From: Acidobacteriota bacterium | GTDB lineage: Bacteria; Acidobacteriota; Thermoanaerobaculia; Multivoradales; Multivoraceae | Direction of reading: 5' to 3' | Assembly (NCBI GenBank): GCA_003388555.1 | Contig: QQVD01000027.1 | Location: 23,951 to 87,950, forward strand | DNA length: 64,000 nucleotides | Shown here: in pieces, positions 1 to 9,334 of the stretch | Layout: each line of letters opens with the position of its first letter | Numbering within the stretch: position 1 is the stretch's first letter | Translations under genes and position numbers: made by a program | The notes under the pieces: generated by a model | Seen by the model: the letters and a program-made list of their open reading frames with translations, nothing else | The model's database searches: none | What the model was told of the DNA's origin: nothing

Positions 1-14
1 AGCTCGCCGTCACC

Positions 15-1640
15 GTGCTGGTGACGGCGATCCTCGGTCTGCTCGCCCTGCTGGTGCGTTCTCTGCTCGCCGAGAGCGCCGTCTCGCCGCGCTGGGCCTA
101 TCTGCTGCCGGTGCTGTTGCCCTGGCTCTCGTCGGAGTTCGCCTGGCGCCTCGTGCGGCTACGTGCCGAGCTCGGCGCCCTGCTCCTGCTTCTCCTCTCC
201 CTGCACTGCGTGGTGCGACAGCGGGAGCGCTGGCTGGTGCCACTCGGCTTCCTCTTCGCCTGGAGCTACACCGCCTGGCACGCCTACCTCGGCCTCTTCG
301 GCCTGATCTTCGTCTGGCGCCTCCTGGTGCGTGACGATCGACGGCTGCAGATCCTCCTCTACCCGACTCTGGGAGTGTTCAGCGGCCTGGCCCTGCATCC
401 CCACTTCCCGCACAACCTGACGATCTGGGTGCTGCAGTCCTTCGACTACTTCCAGGGCAAGGCGGCCAACCTCGACGTCGGCAACGAGATCCAGCCGCAC
501 ACCACCGACCTCCTGCTGCGCATCGACGGCGGCCTGTTTCTGCTGGCGCTGGGGCTCTGGCTGGCGCGACGCCGTGCCGCCGTGCAGTTGCCGTCGTGGT
601 CTGCCTCTACGCTCGCGGTCGACGTCTGGGGCTGGGCGGCGGCGGTCTTCTGGGTGCTCTACCTGCTGATGGCGCGCTTCTCCATCTACGCCTTCCCCTT
701 CGGTCTGCTCTGGCTGCTCAGCCTGCTGGCCGCCAACGGCGGGTTCGAGCGCGTCAGCCGGCTCGGACGACTGCGCATCCCGCTGGCGCTCGTCCTCCTC
801 GTGGCCTGTCTGGCCGCCGCTCCCGAGACCACGAAGCAGATCGGCGAGTACCGCTTCCGCAACCACCCCGGGCCCGATCAGGTGCGGATCCGAGATCGCG
901 AAGAGCTGGCGCGGCGAATCCCCGACGGCGCCCATGTCGCTGCACGCTGGCAGCAGACTCCGCTCTATCTCTGGTGGGCGCCCCAGGGCGAGTACCTCAA
1001 CGTGCTCGATCCGATCTTCATGGCGCGCACCTACCCCGAGGCCTTCGACGCGCAGTGGCGGGTCTTCCACGGCCAGGAGCCCGACACGCCGCTGGTCCTG
1101 GCCCGCGACCTCGACTCGTCGTTCATAGCCTTCAATCCGACGGCGCCGGTCGGCAGCCTCTACCAGCGGCTGGAGAACGATCCGCGCATGGTCAAGGTCT
1201 GGCATGGCGTCAACGTGCTCTTCCGGGTGCAGCCGGGGGCAACGGAGTCGTTCGTGCGTGACTGGTCTCCGGTCGAGTCCGTGTCGGCAGTCGGACCGCC
1301 ACGGCTCGGTGCCGAGGTCTCGGCCGACCCCTGGCGCGCACTGCACGCCTACGTGCGCCTGCCGCAGCCCGAGCCCGCTCTGGAATCGCGCATCGAGTGT
1401 TCCGTGCTCGCCACGGCGCTACGGCTCGACGAGACCAGCCGCTTCGAGTTCGCGCCATGGGATCCGGTGAGCCTGTGGCGCAACGGCCAGCTGCTGCTCG
1501 ACGTGCGCACCTCACCAGGCGCCGTGCTGGGACGCGGCCTCGAGTTCGAGCTGCCGGCCGGCGAGCACACGCTGGCGGTGCGCCGCTGTGCTCCGGAAGA
1601 CCCGGCGGCCGGCTTCTTTCTGCGTCGGCTCGACGGTTGA
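15..1640 (+). CDS. Polytopic integral membrane protein with C-terminal soluble domain (partial at window start likely)
   Basis: Long ORF with many hydrophobic helices (LLALLVRSLL, LLPVLLPWL, FGLLWLLSLLAANG) followed by a hydrophilic ~250 aa domain; may continue upstream of base 1. No specific family recognised. Confidence 0.5.
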   Translation: MLVTAILGLLALLVRSLLAESAVSPRWAYLLPVLLPWLSSEFAWRLVRLRAELGALLLLLLSLHCVVRQRERWLVPLGFLFAWSYTAWHAYLGLFGLIFVWRLLVRDDRRLQILLYPTLGVFSGLALHPHFPHNLTIWVLQSFDYFQGKAANLDVGNEIQPHTTDLLLRIDGGLFLLALGLWLARRRAAVQLPSWSASTLAVDVWGWAAAVFWVLYLLMARFSIYAFPFGLLWLLSLLAANGGFERVSRLGRLRIPLALVLLVACLAAAPETTKQIGEYRFRNHPGPDQVRIRDREELARRIPDGAHVAARWQQTPLYLWWAPQGEYLNVLDPIFMARTYPEAFDAQWRVFHGQEPDTPLVLARDLDSSFIAFNPTAPVGSLYQRLENDPRMVKVWHGVNVLFRVQPGATESFVRDWSPVESVSAVGPPRLGAEVSADPWRALHAYVRLPQPEPALESRIECSVLATALRLDETSRFEFAPWDPVSLWRNGQLLLDVRTSPGAVLGRGLEFELPAGEHTLAVRRCAPEDPAAGFFLRRLDG

Positions 1641-1867
1641 CTGCCCATCCTCAGGCGCAGCTCGTTCCATGGCCCGCTGGAGCGGGCCGCGCTGCGGACG
1701 GTCGGCGCGCTCTCGGTCGGCGCGCCGCTGGCGCTGCGGCTGTCGCGCGGTGACGAGCCGGGCGACGACGGGTCATCGCCCGTCGATCGCTCGAACATCC
1801 GGGGTGGGGCTACGGTGCGGCGCTGCGCGTGGCGCCGGCCGCGAGGAGGTCCTCGGCGCAGCGCAGC

Positions 1868-4129
1868 TCAGCCGACCGTCGACCCGATCCGCACCACCAG
1901 CCACGCCCCGAGGTAGCCGAGGCCAGTCATGTAGAGCCAGGCGAGGATCGGCCAGCGCCAGGAACCGGTCTCGCGGCGCATCGTCGCCATGGTGGCGCCG
2001 CACTGGAGGCAGAAGGCGAAGAAGACCATCAGGCCGAGCGCCACGGGCAGGGTGAAGATCAACCTGCCATCGGGCCAGCGGGCGGTGCGCACCCTGTCGA
2101 TGAGCCCGGCGTCCTGCTCGTCGACTTCCGAGCCGAGGGCGTAGATCGTGCCTAGCGCGGCGAGCAGGACCTCGCGCGCCGGGAACGAGGCGATCACCGC
2201 CGAGGAGACCCGCCAGTCCCAACCCAGCGGCTCGAACAGGGGCTCGACCGCGCGTCCCATCTGGCCGAGATAGCTGCCCGCCAGCTGGGCGGCTTCCGCA
2301 TCGCGTGACGAGGGTGGCTCCGCCTCCGCCGAGACGCCGGGCACCGGCGCGGCCGAGGCCTCCACGGCGAGCTTCGAGGCGGCATCGCGCGGGAAGTAGG
2401 CGAGCGCCCAGACGACGACGGTGACCGCGAAGATGACCGTTCCGGCGCGGGTGAGGAACAACCGGCCGCGCTGCATCACCCGCAGGGCGAGCGAGCGCAG
2501 GTCGGGACGACGGTAGGGCGGCAGCTCGAGCAGGAAGGTCGGCGTCGGTCCGCGCAGCAGGCTGCGCTTGAGCAGCAGGGCGGTGGCGATGCCGCCGAGG
2601 ATCCCGAGCAGGTAGAGAGCGAAGAGAACCAGCCCCTGCAGGTTCACCGGGCCCCAGCTGCGCCGCGGCACGAAGGCGGCGATGAGGAACGCGTACACCG
2701 GCAGCCGCGCCGAACAGGTCATGAACGGAGCGGCCATGATCGTCGCCAGGCGGTCGCGTCGGTTGGGGATCACCCGGGTCGCCATGATGCCGGGGATGGC
2801 GCAGGCGAAGCTCGACAGCATGGGTAGGAACGACTGGCCCGACAGGCCGCACAGGCGCATCAGGCGGTCGACCAGGAAGGCCGCTCGCGCCATGTAGCCG
2901 GAGTCCTCGAGCAGCAGCAGGAAGGTGAACAGGATGAGGATCTGCGGCAGGAAGATCACCACCGCGCCGACCCCGGCGATGACGCCGTCGGCGAGCAGGC
3001 TGGCGAGCACCCCCTCCGGCAGGTTGGCGCGCACCAGGTCGGCGCACCAGCCGGTGGCGGCGTCGATCGCGTCCATCAGCGGTGTCGCCCAGGAGAACAC
3101 CGACTGGAAGACCACCGCCATGGTCAGGAAGAAGAGCAGGCTGCCCAGCACCGGGTGGCTGAGCAGATGGTCGGCGCGCAGGCGCCGCCGGGCGGCCGGA
3201 GAGTAGGCCGTGGCCTCGTCGCGCTCGACCACTCCAGCGAGCGCCTCGCGCACCCGCGCGTAGCGCGCCTCGGCCTCCAGCTCGGTGAGGCTCTTGCGCG
3301 GCGCCAGCGAGCGCAGCAGGTCGTGGCGCACCTCGGCCAGATCCCCACGCGTCGGCACTCCGAGGGCGTCGACCAGGCGACGCTCGAGCGCCCCGCCGAC
3401 GTCGATCAGCGAGCGCTCGACCAGCAGCTCACGGAAGGGCCCGGCGTCCCGGAAGGCGGCCGGATGGGCCGTCGCCCAGCGGCGCGCGGCCTGGCGCAGG
3501 GGCGGAATCGGCCCGGGTCTGTCGCCGGGCTGCTCCGGCACCACGTCGTCGAGCACGCGGTCGAGCTCGTGCGGCAGCAGGTCGAGACCGAAGCCGGTCA
3601 GCGCGCTCGTCACCACCACCGCAGCGCCGAGCTGCCGGGAGAGCCGCTCGGCGTCGATGACCTTGCCCTCCGCCCCCGCAGCGTCGAAGAGGTTGAGCGC
3701 CACCAGCAGGGGCAGGCCGAGCTCCTGCAGCTGGGTGACCAGGTAGAGCGAGCGTTCGAGCTGGGTCGCGTCGACGACGGCGATCACCGCGTCGGGTGGT
3801 GGCTCGCCGCCAGCCCCGGTGAGGAAGTCGAGGGCGATCTCCTCGTCGGGCGAGTGTGGTGCCAGAGCGTAGAGACCGGGCAGATCGACCAGGTCGATCC
3901 AGCGCCGCGGGGTGGGGAAGCGCCCGCGACCGAGATCGACGGTGACACCGGGCACGTTCGCCACCTTCTGGCGCAGACCCGTGAGGGCGTTGAACAGCGA
4001 AGTCTTGCCGGTGTTGGGGTTGCCGATCAGCGCCACCCGCGCCTGCCGGCCGGTGGAGAGCTGCACGAGCTCGGTGCGCCTGCGGCCGCGAGCTGGATCC
4101 CGCCGGCGCCGCCCGAACCGCCCGATCAT
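1868..4129 (-). CDS. feoB: Ferrous iron transporter FeoB (G-domain + polytopic membrane domain)
   Basis: N-terminal GTPase motifs VALIGNPNTGKTSLFNALTG (G1), DLPG (G3), followed by ~450 aa of TM helices typical of FeoB; real start may be an internal GTG near 4066. Confidence 0.9.
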   Translation of the reverse strand: MIGRFGRRRRDPARGRRRTELVQLSTGRQARVALIGNPNTGKTSLFNALTGLRQKVANVPGVTVDLGRGRFPTPRRWIDLVDLPGLYALAPHSPDEEIALDFLTGAGGEPPPDAVIAVVDATQLERSLYLVTQLQELGLPLLVALNLFDAAGAEGKVIDAERLSRQLGAAVVVTSALTGFGLDLLPHELDRVLDDVVPEQPGDRPGPIPPLRQAARRWATAHPAAFRDAGPFRELLVERSLIDVGGALERRLVDALGVPTRGDLAEVRHDLLRSLAPRKSLTELEAEARYARVREALAGVVERDEATAYSPAARRRLRADHLLSHPVLGSLLFFLTMAVVFQSVFSWATPLMDAIDAATGWCADLVRANLPEGVLASLLADGVIAGVGAVVIFLPQILILFTFLLLLEDSGYMARAAFLVDRLMRLCGLSGQSFLPMLSSFACAIPGIMATRVIPNRRDRLATIMAAPFMTCSARLPVYAFLIAAFVPRRSWGPVNLQGLVLFALYLLGILGGIATALLLKRSLLRGPTPTFLLELPPYRRPDLRSLALRVMQRGRLFLTRAGTVIFAVTVVVWALAYFPRDAASKLAVEASAAPVPGVSAEAEPPSSRDAEAAQLAGSYLGQMGRAVEPLFEPLGWDWRVSSAVIASFPAREVLLAALGTIYALGSEVDEQDAGLIDRVRTARWPDGRLIFTLPVALGLMVFFAFCLQCGATMATMRRETGSWRWPILAWLYMTGLGYLGAWLVVRIGSTVG

Positions 4130-4479
4130 CCGGAGCTCGTCTCGACCAGCACGAGCCGAGCCTCGCGGCGTCGCAGCGACAGAGCGAAGCCCAGCAGGCG
4201 GATCTCCAGCGGGTCACCCGCCGGGGCCCGCCGCACCATCTCGATCTCGATGCCGACCAGCAGCCCGAGGTGCATCAGGCGTTGTACGGAGCGGTCGTCG
4301 CGGTCGCGGAAGTCGATCACCCGTGCCTTGGCGCCGACCTCGAGCTCGGCGAGAGTCGAAGGCGAAGCACCTCCCGGGCCGGGCCTGTCTGCTGCGGTGG
4401 AGCGGAGGCGTGCAGTGGTGGTGGGGTCGGACATCGCGGTCGTCGGCAACGCGTCAGCAGCGGGCCGCCACAGGCGCAC
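4126..4479 (-). CDS. feoA: FeoA family ferrous iron transport protein
   Basis: Small SH3-like FeoA domain (LAELEVGAKARVIDF...LMHLGLLVGIEIEMVRRAPAGDPLEI) directly upstream of and overlapping feoB (ATGA); likely true start at the MSDPTTT methionine (~4435). Confidence 0.8.
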   Translation of the reverse strand: MRLWRPAADALPTTAMSDPTTTARLRSTAADRPGPGGASPSTLAELEVGAKARVIDFRDRDDRSVQRLMHLGLLVGIEIEMVRRAPAGDPLEIRLLGFALSLRRREARLVLVETSSG

Positions 4480-4599
4480 CCCGGCTCGATCGATATCGTG
4501 CGCCGGGAATCGTCCTGCCTTCCATGACCTAGGTCAAGCGGCGGCGCGGCCTTCTCGGCGCAGCGGTAGGATCACGAGGCGCGGCGGGTCGGAGAGGCG

Positions 4600-5508
4600 A
4601 TGCAGAGCAGTGGAGCAGAGGACGCCACGGCGGAAACGGCGGCCGCCCGAACGGTGCGGCGGGCGCTGATCCCGGCGGCCGGCCGCGGCACCCGGATGGC
4701 TCCCTTCTCGCGCCTGGCGCCCAAGGAGCTGGCGCCGATCGGCAGCGTCCCGGCGCTGCAGCTGGTGCTCGAGGAGATCGCTGCGGCGGGCCTGGTCGAG
4801 GTCGGCATCGTCGTCCGGCCGGGCAAGGCCGAGCTCATCGAGCGCTGCGTCGAGCAGACCGGGCCGCGAGCGGACGGCCCCGACCCGCGCCGCCTCGAGG
4901 TCACCTGGATCGAGCAGCCACAGCCGAGGGGACTGGGCGACGCCATCCTCTGCGCACAGGGATTCCTCCGTCGCGAGCCGTTCGCGCTGCTGCTGCCCGA
5001 CAACCTGCTGCTCGGGGCCGAGCACCGCCTCGCCGACCTGACGCGCCTCCACGCCGAGACGGGGCGCGACGTGCTCGGTGTGCTCGAGCTGGGTGCGGAG
5101 CAGAGCGGCGAGTACGGCAACTGCGGCCTCATCGACTACCGCGTCCCCGACCCGTCGAGGCCGCGGGTGCTCGAGCTGCTGCGGCTGCACGACAAGGGCC
5201 CCGGGCGTCTGCTGGTCGGCGAGGGCGAGGTCAAGCGGCGCACCTGCGGTCGCTACGTCTGCACTCCCGAGCTGCTCGACGAGCTGGACTCCGTGCGTGA
5301 AGAGATGCGTCGTCACGGAGCCGACGGAGAGCTCGACGAGGTGCCCGCCTACCAGCGCCTCATCGAGCGCCGAGGCGCCGTCGGCTACGTGCTCGCCGGC
5401 CCGCTGTTCGACGTCGGCTATCCGCTCGGCTACCTAGCCGCCTGTGCCTTCGAGTACCGGCGGCAGAGAGAGGCGTGGGATCGGAGCGAGCGGCCCTCGA
5501 GGGTCTAG
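4600..5508 (+). CDS. Sugar-1-phosphate nucleotidyltransferase, UTP-glucose-1-phosphate uridylyltransferase (GalU)-like
   Basis: N-terminal motif IPAAGRGTRMAPFSRLAPKELAPI matches the GalU/RmlA signature (IPAAGLGTRxLPxTKxxPKEMLPI); ~300 aa size typical. Confidence 0.75.
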   Translation: MQSSGAEDATAETAAARTVRRALIPAAGRGTRMAPFSRLAPKELAPIGSVPALQLVLEEIAAAGLVEVGIVVRPGKAELIERCVEQTGPRADGPDPRRLEVTWIEQPQPRGLGDAILCAQGFLRREPFALLLPDNLLLGAEHRLADLTRLHAETGRDVLGVLELGAEQSGEYGNCGLIDYRVPDPSRPRVLELLRLHDKGPGRLLVGEGEVKRRTCGRYVCTPELLDELDSVREEMRRHGADGELDEVPAYQRLIERRGAVGYVLAGPLFDVGYPLGYLAACAFEYRRQREAWDRSERPSRV

Positions 5509-6728
5509 ACCAGCCGCTGGCAGCTCGCTCCGGGACCGATCCTCACCTGCTCGATCCGCGGCGTGCGTGCGAAGTGCTGCTCGAAGCGCCGCGCGACGCA
5601 CCGGCCGACTCGATCGGCCTGGGCGGCGTGCACCACCGCGAGGATGGCGCCACCGAAGCCGGCGCCGCTGACCCTGGCGCCGACACAGCCGGGGTGCTCG
5701 TTGGCGGCGTCGGCGAGCAGATCGAGCTCCGGGATGCTCACCTCGTAGTCGTCGCGCGAGCTGGCGTGCGAGGCGCGCATGGCGGCTCCGAAGGTCTCGA
5801 GGTCGCCCTCGGCGAGTGCCCTGGCGCCGCGGCGCACCCGCTCGCACTCGCTGACCACGTGCCGGATCCGCTGCCCCAGTGGGGGATCGACGCAGGCCAT
5901 CGCACGCTCCAGCTCCTCGGCGGGAACGTCGCGCAGGGTGCGCAGCTCGGGCCAGAGTGTTCGCAGAGCCTGCGCCGCGGCGACGCACTCGTCGCGCCTC
6001 GAGTTGAAGCCGGAGCCGGCGAGGCGCCGCCGGACACCGGTGTCGACCAGCAGCAGCGCCAGGTCGCTCGGGAAGGGCACCTCGTGGTGGGTCTCGCTGC
6101 GGCAGTCGAGCAGCACGACGCCGCCCTCGCTGCCGTGCAGGCAGGCGTACGGGTCCATCAGGCCGCACTGCACACCGAGGTACTCGTTCTCCGAGCGCTG
6201 GGCGAAGCGCGCCCACTCGAGTCGTGACGTCGGCTCGTTCGCGGCGATGTCGAGGGCGTCGAGGAGCAGCAGCTGGGCGACGCTCAGCGCCGCCGACGAG
6301 GAGACGCCGATGCCGATCGGCAGGTCGCCGGCCACCGTGATCGCGACGCCGAAGTCGGCAGCGCGCCGCGCCGCGCAGCGCCAGTAGATCGTCGCCGGAC
6401 CGCGGAAGTAGTCGAGCCAGTCGGCGCGCTGAACCGGCCGCTGGGGAACCGGCGGCGCCAGGTCGTCGAGCGCGAAGGAGCCGTGGCGCTCGAGGTCGGC
6501 AGCCAGGACCTCGACCCGGCCGGCGGCGCCCTCGAGACGATGGGCGCACCCCCACAGCGCCCTGTCGATGGCTCCCGGCAGCACCAGCCCCTCGGAGTAG
6601 TCGATGTGGCCGCCGAGCAGGTTCACCCGGCCCGGCGCGCGGCACAGCGCCTCGGCGCCGCGTCCGAAGTGCTCGCGGTGTCGTGCGAGCACCCTGGCGG
6701 CGTCGGCGGGTAGGGGGGAGGAGTGCAT
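5505..6728 (-). CDS. galK: Galactokinase (GHMP kinase family)
   Basis: GalK signature GRVNLLGGHIDYSEG, GHMP ATP-binding loop PIGIGVSSSAALSVA, C-terminal GARVSGAGFGG motif. Confidence 0.85.
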   Translation of the reverse strand: MHSSPLPADAARVLARHREHFGRGAEALCRAPGRVNLLGGHIDYSEGLVLPGAIDRALWGCAHRLEGAAGRVEVLAADLERHGSFALDDLAPPVPQRPVQRADWLDYFRGPATIYWRCAARRAADFGVAITVAGDLPIGIGVSSSAALSVAQLLLLDALDIAANEPTSRLEWARFAQRSENEYLGVQCGLMDPYACLHGSEGGVVLLDCRSETHHEVPFPSDLALLLVDTGVRRRLAGSGFNSRRDECVAAAQALRTLWPELRTLRDVPAEELERAMACVDPPLGQRIRHVVSECERVRRGARALAEGDLETFGAAMRASHASSRDDYEVSIPELDLLADAANEHPGCVGARVSGAGFGGAILAVVHAAQADRVGRCVARRFEQHFARTPRIEQVRIGPGASCQRLV

Positions 6729-6810
6729 CTAGAATCGGCGCGAACCGGCGTTATCTCGAAGACTGGCGGCGGCTCTCGTTGCGGCCCGAGCCCCATTCTC
6801 GACAGCCAAG

Positions 6811-7992
6811 ATGCAGCAGTTTACGACCGACGCGCAGCCGTCACCGCAGGATCGGCTCGACCTCATCGAAGCGGCCTTCGAAGCCGCCGTCGACGCGATG
6901 GTGGTGATCGACTCGAACGGCAGGATGCTGCGGGTCAACGAAGCAGCCGTCGAGATGTTCGGCTACACCCGCGAGGAGTTGGTCGGTCGCGACGTGTCGA
7001 TCCTGATGCCGGAGCCCTACCGTAGCGAGCACGCGGGGTACCTCGCTCGCTACCTGGCGACCCTCGAACCGCGGATCATCGGCATCGGTCGTGAAGTGGA
7101 AGGACGGCGGCGCAATGGCGAGGTGTTCCCGCTCGACCTGTCGGTTGGAGAGGCCGCTGCGCTGGGCGATCGACTGTTCGTCGGCATCCTGCGCGACCTC
7201 TCGTCGCGGCGGAGACTCCAGCGCGAGCTCGTGGAGCGCCGGCTCGAGGCACAGCGGCACCGGGAGCGCCTCGCCCACGTCGACCGGATCTCCACCCTCG
7301 GCCAGATGGCGGCCGGCATCGCGCACGAGGTCAATCAGCCTCTCGGAGCGATCAACAACTACGCCCAGGCGGCGAGGATGCTGCTGGCCCGCGAGGCCCG
7401 GTCGGGAGACGACGACGATCGTCTCGGCCGGGTCGACGAGGTGCTGGCCAAGATCGGCGACCAGGCGCTGCGCGCCGGCGACGTGATCCGCCGGCTACGC
7501 GCCCTGGCGCGCGCGCAGCACGAGGAGATCGTGCGCGTCGATCTCGACGACGTGGTGCGTTCGACCCTCGAGCTGGCGCGCATCGAAGCGACCTCCGACG
7601 GCAGCTCGCTCGAGGTCGAGCTCGCCGGCGAGCTGCCGCCGGTGATGGCCGACCCGATCCAGATCCAGCAGGTGATCCTGAACCTGGTGCGCAACGGCGT
7701 CGAATCGCAGCGCACCGCCGGCCGCCCCGAGGAACCGATCCGTCTGCGCACTCTCCGGGACGGCGACTGGGTGCTGCTCGAGGTGGTCGACTGCGGTACC
7801 GGCATCTCGGAAGAGCTGGCGGATACGCTGTTCACGCCGTTCGTCTCCGGCAAGGAGGGCGGCATGGGGATGGGGCTCGCGATCAGCGAGTCGATCGTCC
7901 ACAACCACGAAGGCCAGCTGTCGTTCCGCAACAACCCGCGGAACGGAGCGACGTTCAGCATCAGACTGCCCAGCGCGGCGCAAGGGGATTGA
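6811..7992 (+). CDS. PAS-domain sensor histidine kinase (FixL-like)
   Basis: PAS fold (VVIDSNGRMLRVNEAAVEMFGYTREELVGRDVSILMP), H-box ISTLGQMAAGIAHEVNQPL, N/G boxes (LVRNGVES..., DCGTGI..., GGMGMGLAI). Confidence 0.8.
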   Translation: MQQFTTDAQPSPQDRLDLIEAAFEAAVDAMVVIDSNGRMLRVNEAAVEMFGYTREELVGRDVSILMPEPYRSEHAGYLARYLATLEPRIIGIGREVEGRRRNGEVFPLDLSVGEAAALGDRLFVGILRDLSSRRRLQRELVERRLEAQRHRERLAHVDRISTLGQMAAGIAHEVNQPLGAINNYAQAARMLLAREARSGDDDDRLGRVDEVLAKIGDQALRAGDVIRRLRALARAQHEEIVRVDLDDVVRSTLELARIEATSDGSSLEVELAGELPPVMADPIQIQQVILNLVRNGVESQRTAGRPEEPIRLRTLRDGDWVLLEVVDCGTGISEELADTLFTPFVSGKEGGMGMGLAISESIVHNHEGQLSFRNNPRNGATFSIRLPSAAQGD

Positions 7993-8026
7993 GGTTGCGG
8001 CGAGAGCACCTGGAAGGGCTGCAGCG

Positions 8027-8674
8027 ATGAGCGACGACACCGCGTCGGGGAAGCCGGACTCAGGCGAGGAGGAGGCGCCGCGGGTCTTCATCGTCGACGA
8101 CGACGAGGGCTTCCGCGACTCGATGGTGATGCTCTGCGACTCGGTGGGACTCGAAACCGAGGCGTTCGCCAGCGCCGCCGAGTTCCTGCGGCGTTTCTCG
8201 CCGGAGATGCGAGGATGCCTGCTGCTCGACGTGCGCATGCCCGGCATGAGTGGCCTCGAGTTGCAGCAGGAGCTGAGCCGCCGCAACAGCCGAGTGCCCA
8301 TCGTCTTCATGACCGGGCACGGCGACATCCCGATGGCGGTCGCCGCGATGAAGGCAGGCGCCGCCGACTTCCTCTCGAAGCCGTTCTCCCACCAGGAGCT
8401 GCTCGACCGCATCCACCGGGCGCTGCGCATCGGTGAGCGCGAGGAGGAGCCGAGGCGGCGCGAGGCGGAGGTGCGCGAGGCATACGAGCGGCTGACGCCG
8501 AGGGAGCAGGACGTCATGCACCTGGTGGTGCAGGGAGCGGCGAACAAGGTGATCGCCTCGCGTCTCGGCATCTCGCAGCGCACCGTCGAGATCCATCGGG
8601 CCCACGCTATGGAGAAGATGGAGGCCGACTCGCTGGCCGATCTGGTGCGCTCCGCCGTCGTGCTCGGGCTCTGA
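8027..8674 (+). CDS. Response regulator, receiver + LuxR-type HTH (FixJ/NarL family)
   Basis: Receiver motifs (VFIVDDDEGFRD, LLLDVRMPGMSGLEL, FLSKPF) and C-terminal LuxR HTH (LTPREQDVMHLVVQGAANKVIASRLGISQRTVEIHRAHAMEKM). Adjacent to PAS kinase. Confidence 0.85.
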   Translation: MSDDTASGKPDSGEEEAPRVFIVDDDEGFRDSMVMLCDSVGLETEAFASAAEFLRRFSPEMRGCLLLDVRMPGMSGLELQQELSRRNSRVPIVFMTGHGDIPMAVAAMKAGAADFLSKPFSHQELLDRIHRALRIGEREEEPRRREAEVREAYERLTPREQDVMHLVVQGAANKVIASRLGISQRTVEIHRAHAMEKMEADSLADLVRSAVVLGL

Positions 8675-8726
8675 CCGCCGAGCGGGAGGTCAGAAAGGTC
8701 GCGTGCGTCGTGACCGCGGTGTCGGC

Positions 8727-8744
8727 CTAGGTAGATCTCCCTAG
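8727..8744. promoter_or_regulatory. 18-bp near-perfect palindrome CTAGGTAGATCTCCCTAG in intergenic region
   Basis: 16/18 positions self-complementary, centred on AGATCT; lies 60 bp upstream of the 8804 ORF and downstream of the FixJ-like gene. Confidence 0.35.
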
Positions 8745-8803
8745 CCGCGTGTGCACAACTTCGGAATGGCCGTGCACCGGACGTCCCTCGTAGGCTGCCG
8801 AAG

Positions 8804-9292
8804 ATGATCGCCGCGCACTCAGCCGCCTCCGGCGACCGGCCGCGCGGGGTGAGGCCGGCCCTGCGGCCGCGCCCGATCCGTCGCGGCGCTGCCGTGGTGC
8901 TGGTCGGCGCGTCGCGGGCCACCGTGTCCGAGCTGGCGCGCCTGGTCGAGACGCTGGGTCTGCGATTGCACCACCGCTCGATGGCCCCGGGTCCCCTCGG
9001 CGGCCACTCTCCGGTCGAGCCGATCGCCCTGCTCGTCGACGGCTTCTGCTGGGGCCTTGGCCCCTCGGCTCTGGCGCCGACCCTGGGGGCTCTGCCCCGG
9101 GCCTGGTGGACGGTGCGGCGGGCCGCCCTGCTGGACCCGGGACAGGAGGAGCTGGTATCGACACTGATGGAGCTGGGGTGCGACGAGGTGTTCGAGCGAC
9201 CGATTCGCTCGCCGCGGCTGCACCGCTGGCTCGAGCGCTGCGCCTCGAACCATCGCGGCCGCCCCCTGCCGCCGATCCGAAGCGGCGCCTGA
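8804..9292 (+). CDS. Hypothetical protein with degenerate receiver-like (CheY-fold) sequence
   Basis: Pattern AAVVLVGAS...IALLVDGFCW...ELGCDEVFERPIRSPRLHRWLE resembles a receiver domain lacking a clear phospho-acceptor context; composition less Arg-biased than the overlapping antisense ORFs. Confidence 0.35.
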   Translation: MIAAHSAASGDRPRGVRPALRPRPIRRGAAVVLVGASRATVSELARLVETLGLRLHHRSMAPGPLGGHSPVEPIALLVDGFCWGLGPSALAPTLGALPRAWWTVRRAALLDPGQEELVSTLMELGCDEVFERPIRSPRLHRWLERCASNHRGRPLPPIRSGA

Positions 9293-9334
9293 AGGCCGAA
9301 CCCCCATCGAACCAAACGACCCAGGAGTGAGCCC

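Noticed and set aside
4066-4129. Overlap of feoA stop with annotated feoB ATG
   Set aside because: FeoB G1 motif begins ~20 codons downstream. An internal GTG start would remove the overlap. Either way the operon call is unchanged, so this is not flagged as a finding.
5434-6645. 403-aa Arg-rich ORF on minus strand overlapping galK
   Set aside because: It is in an alternative frame to the clearly motif-bearing galactokinase and is compositionally implausible, with >30% Arg.
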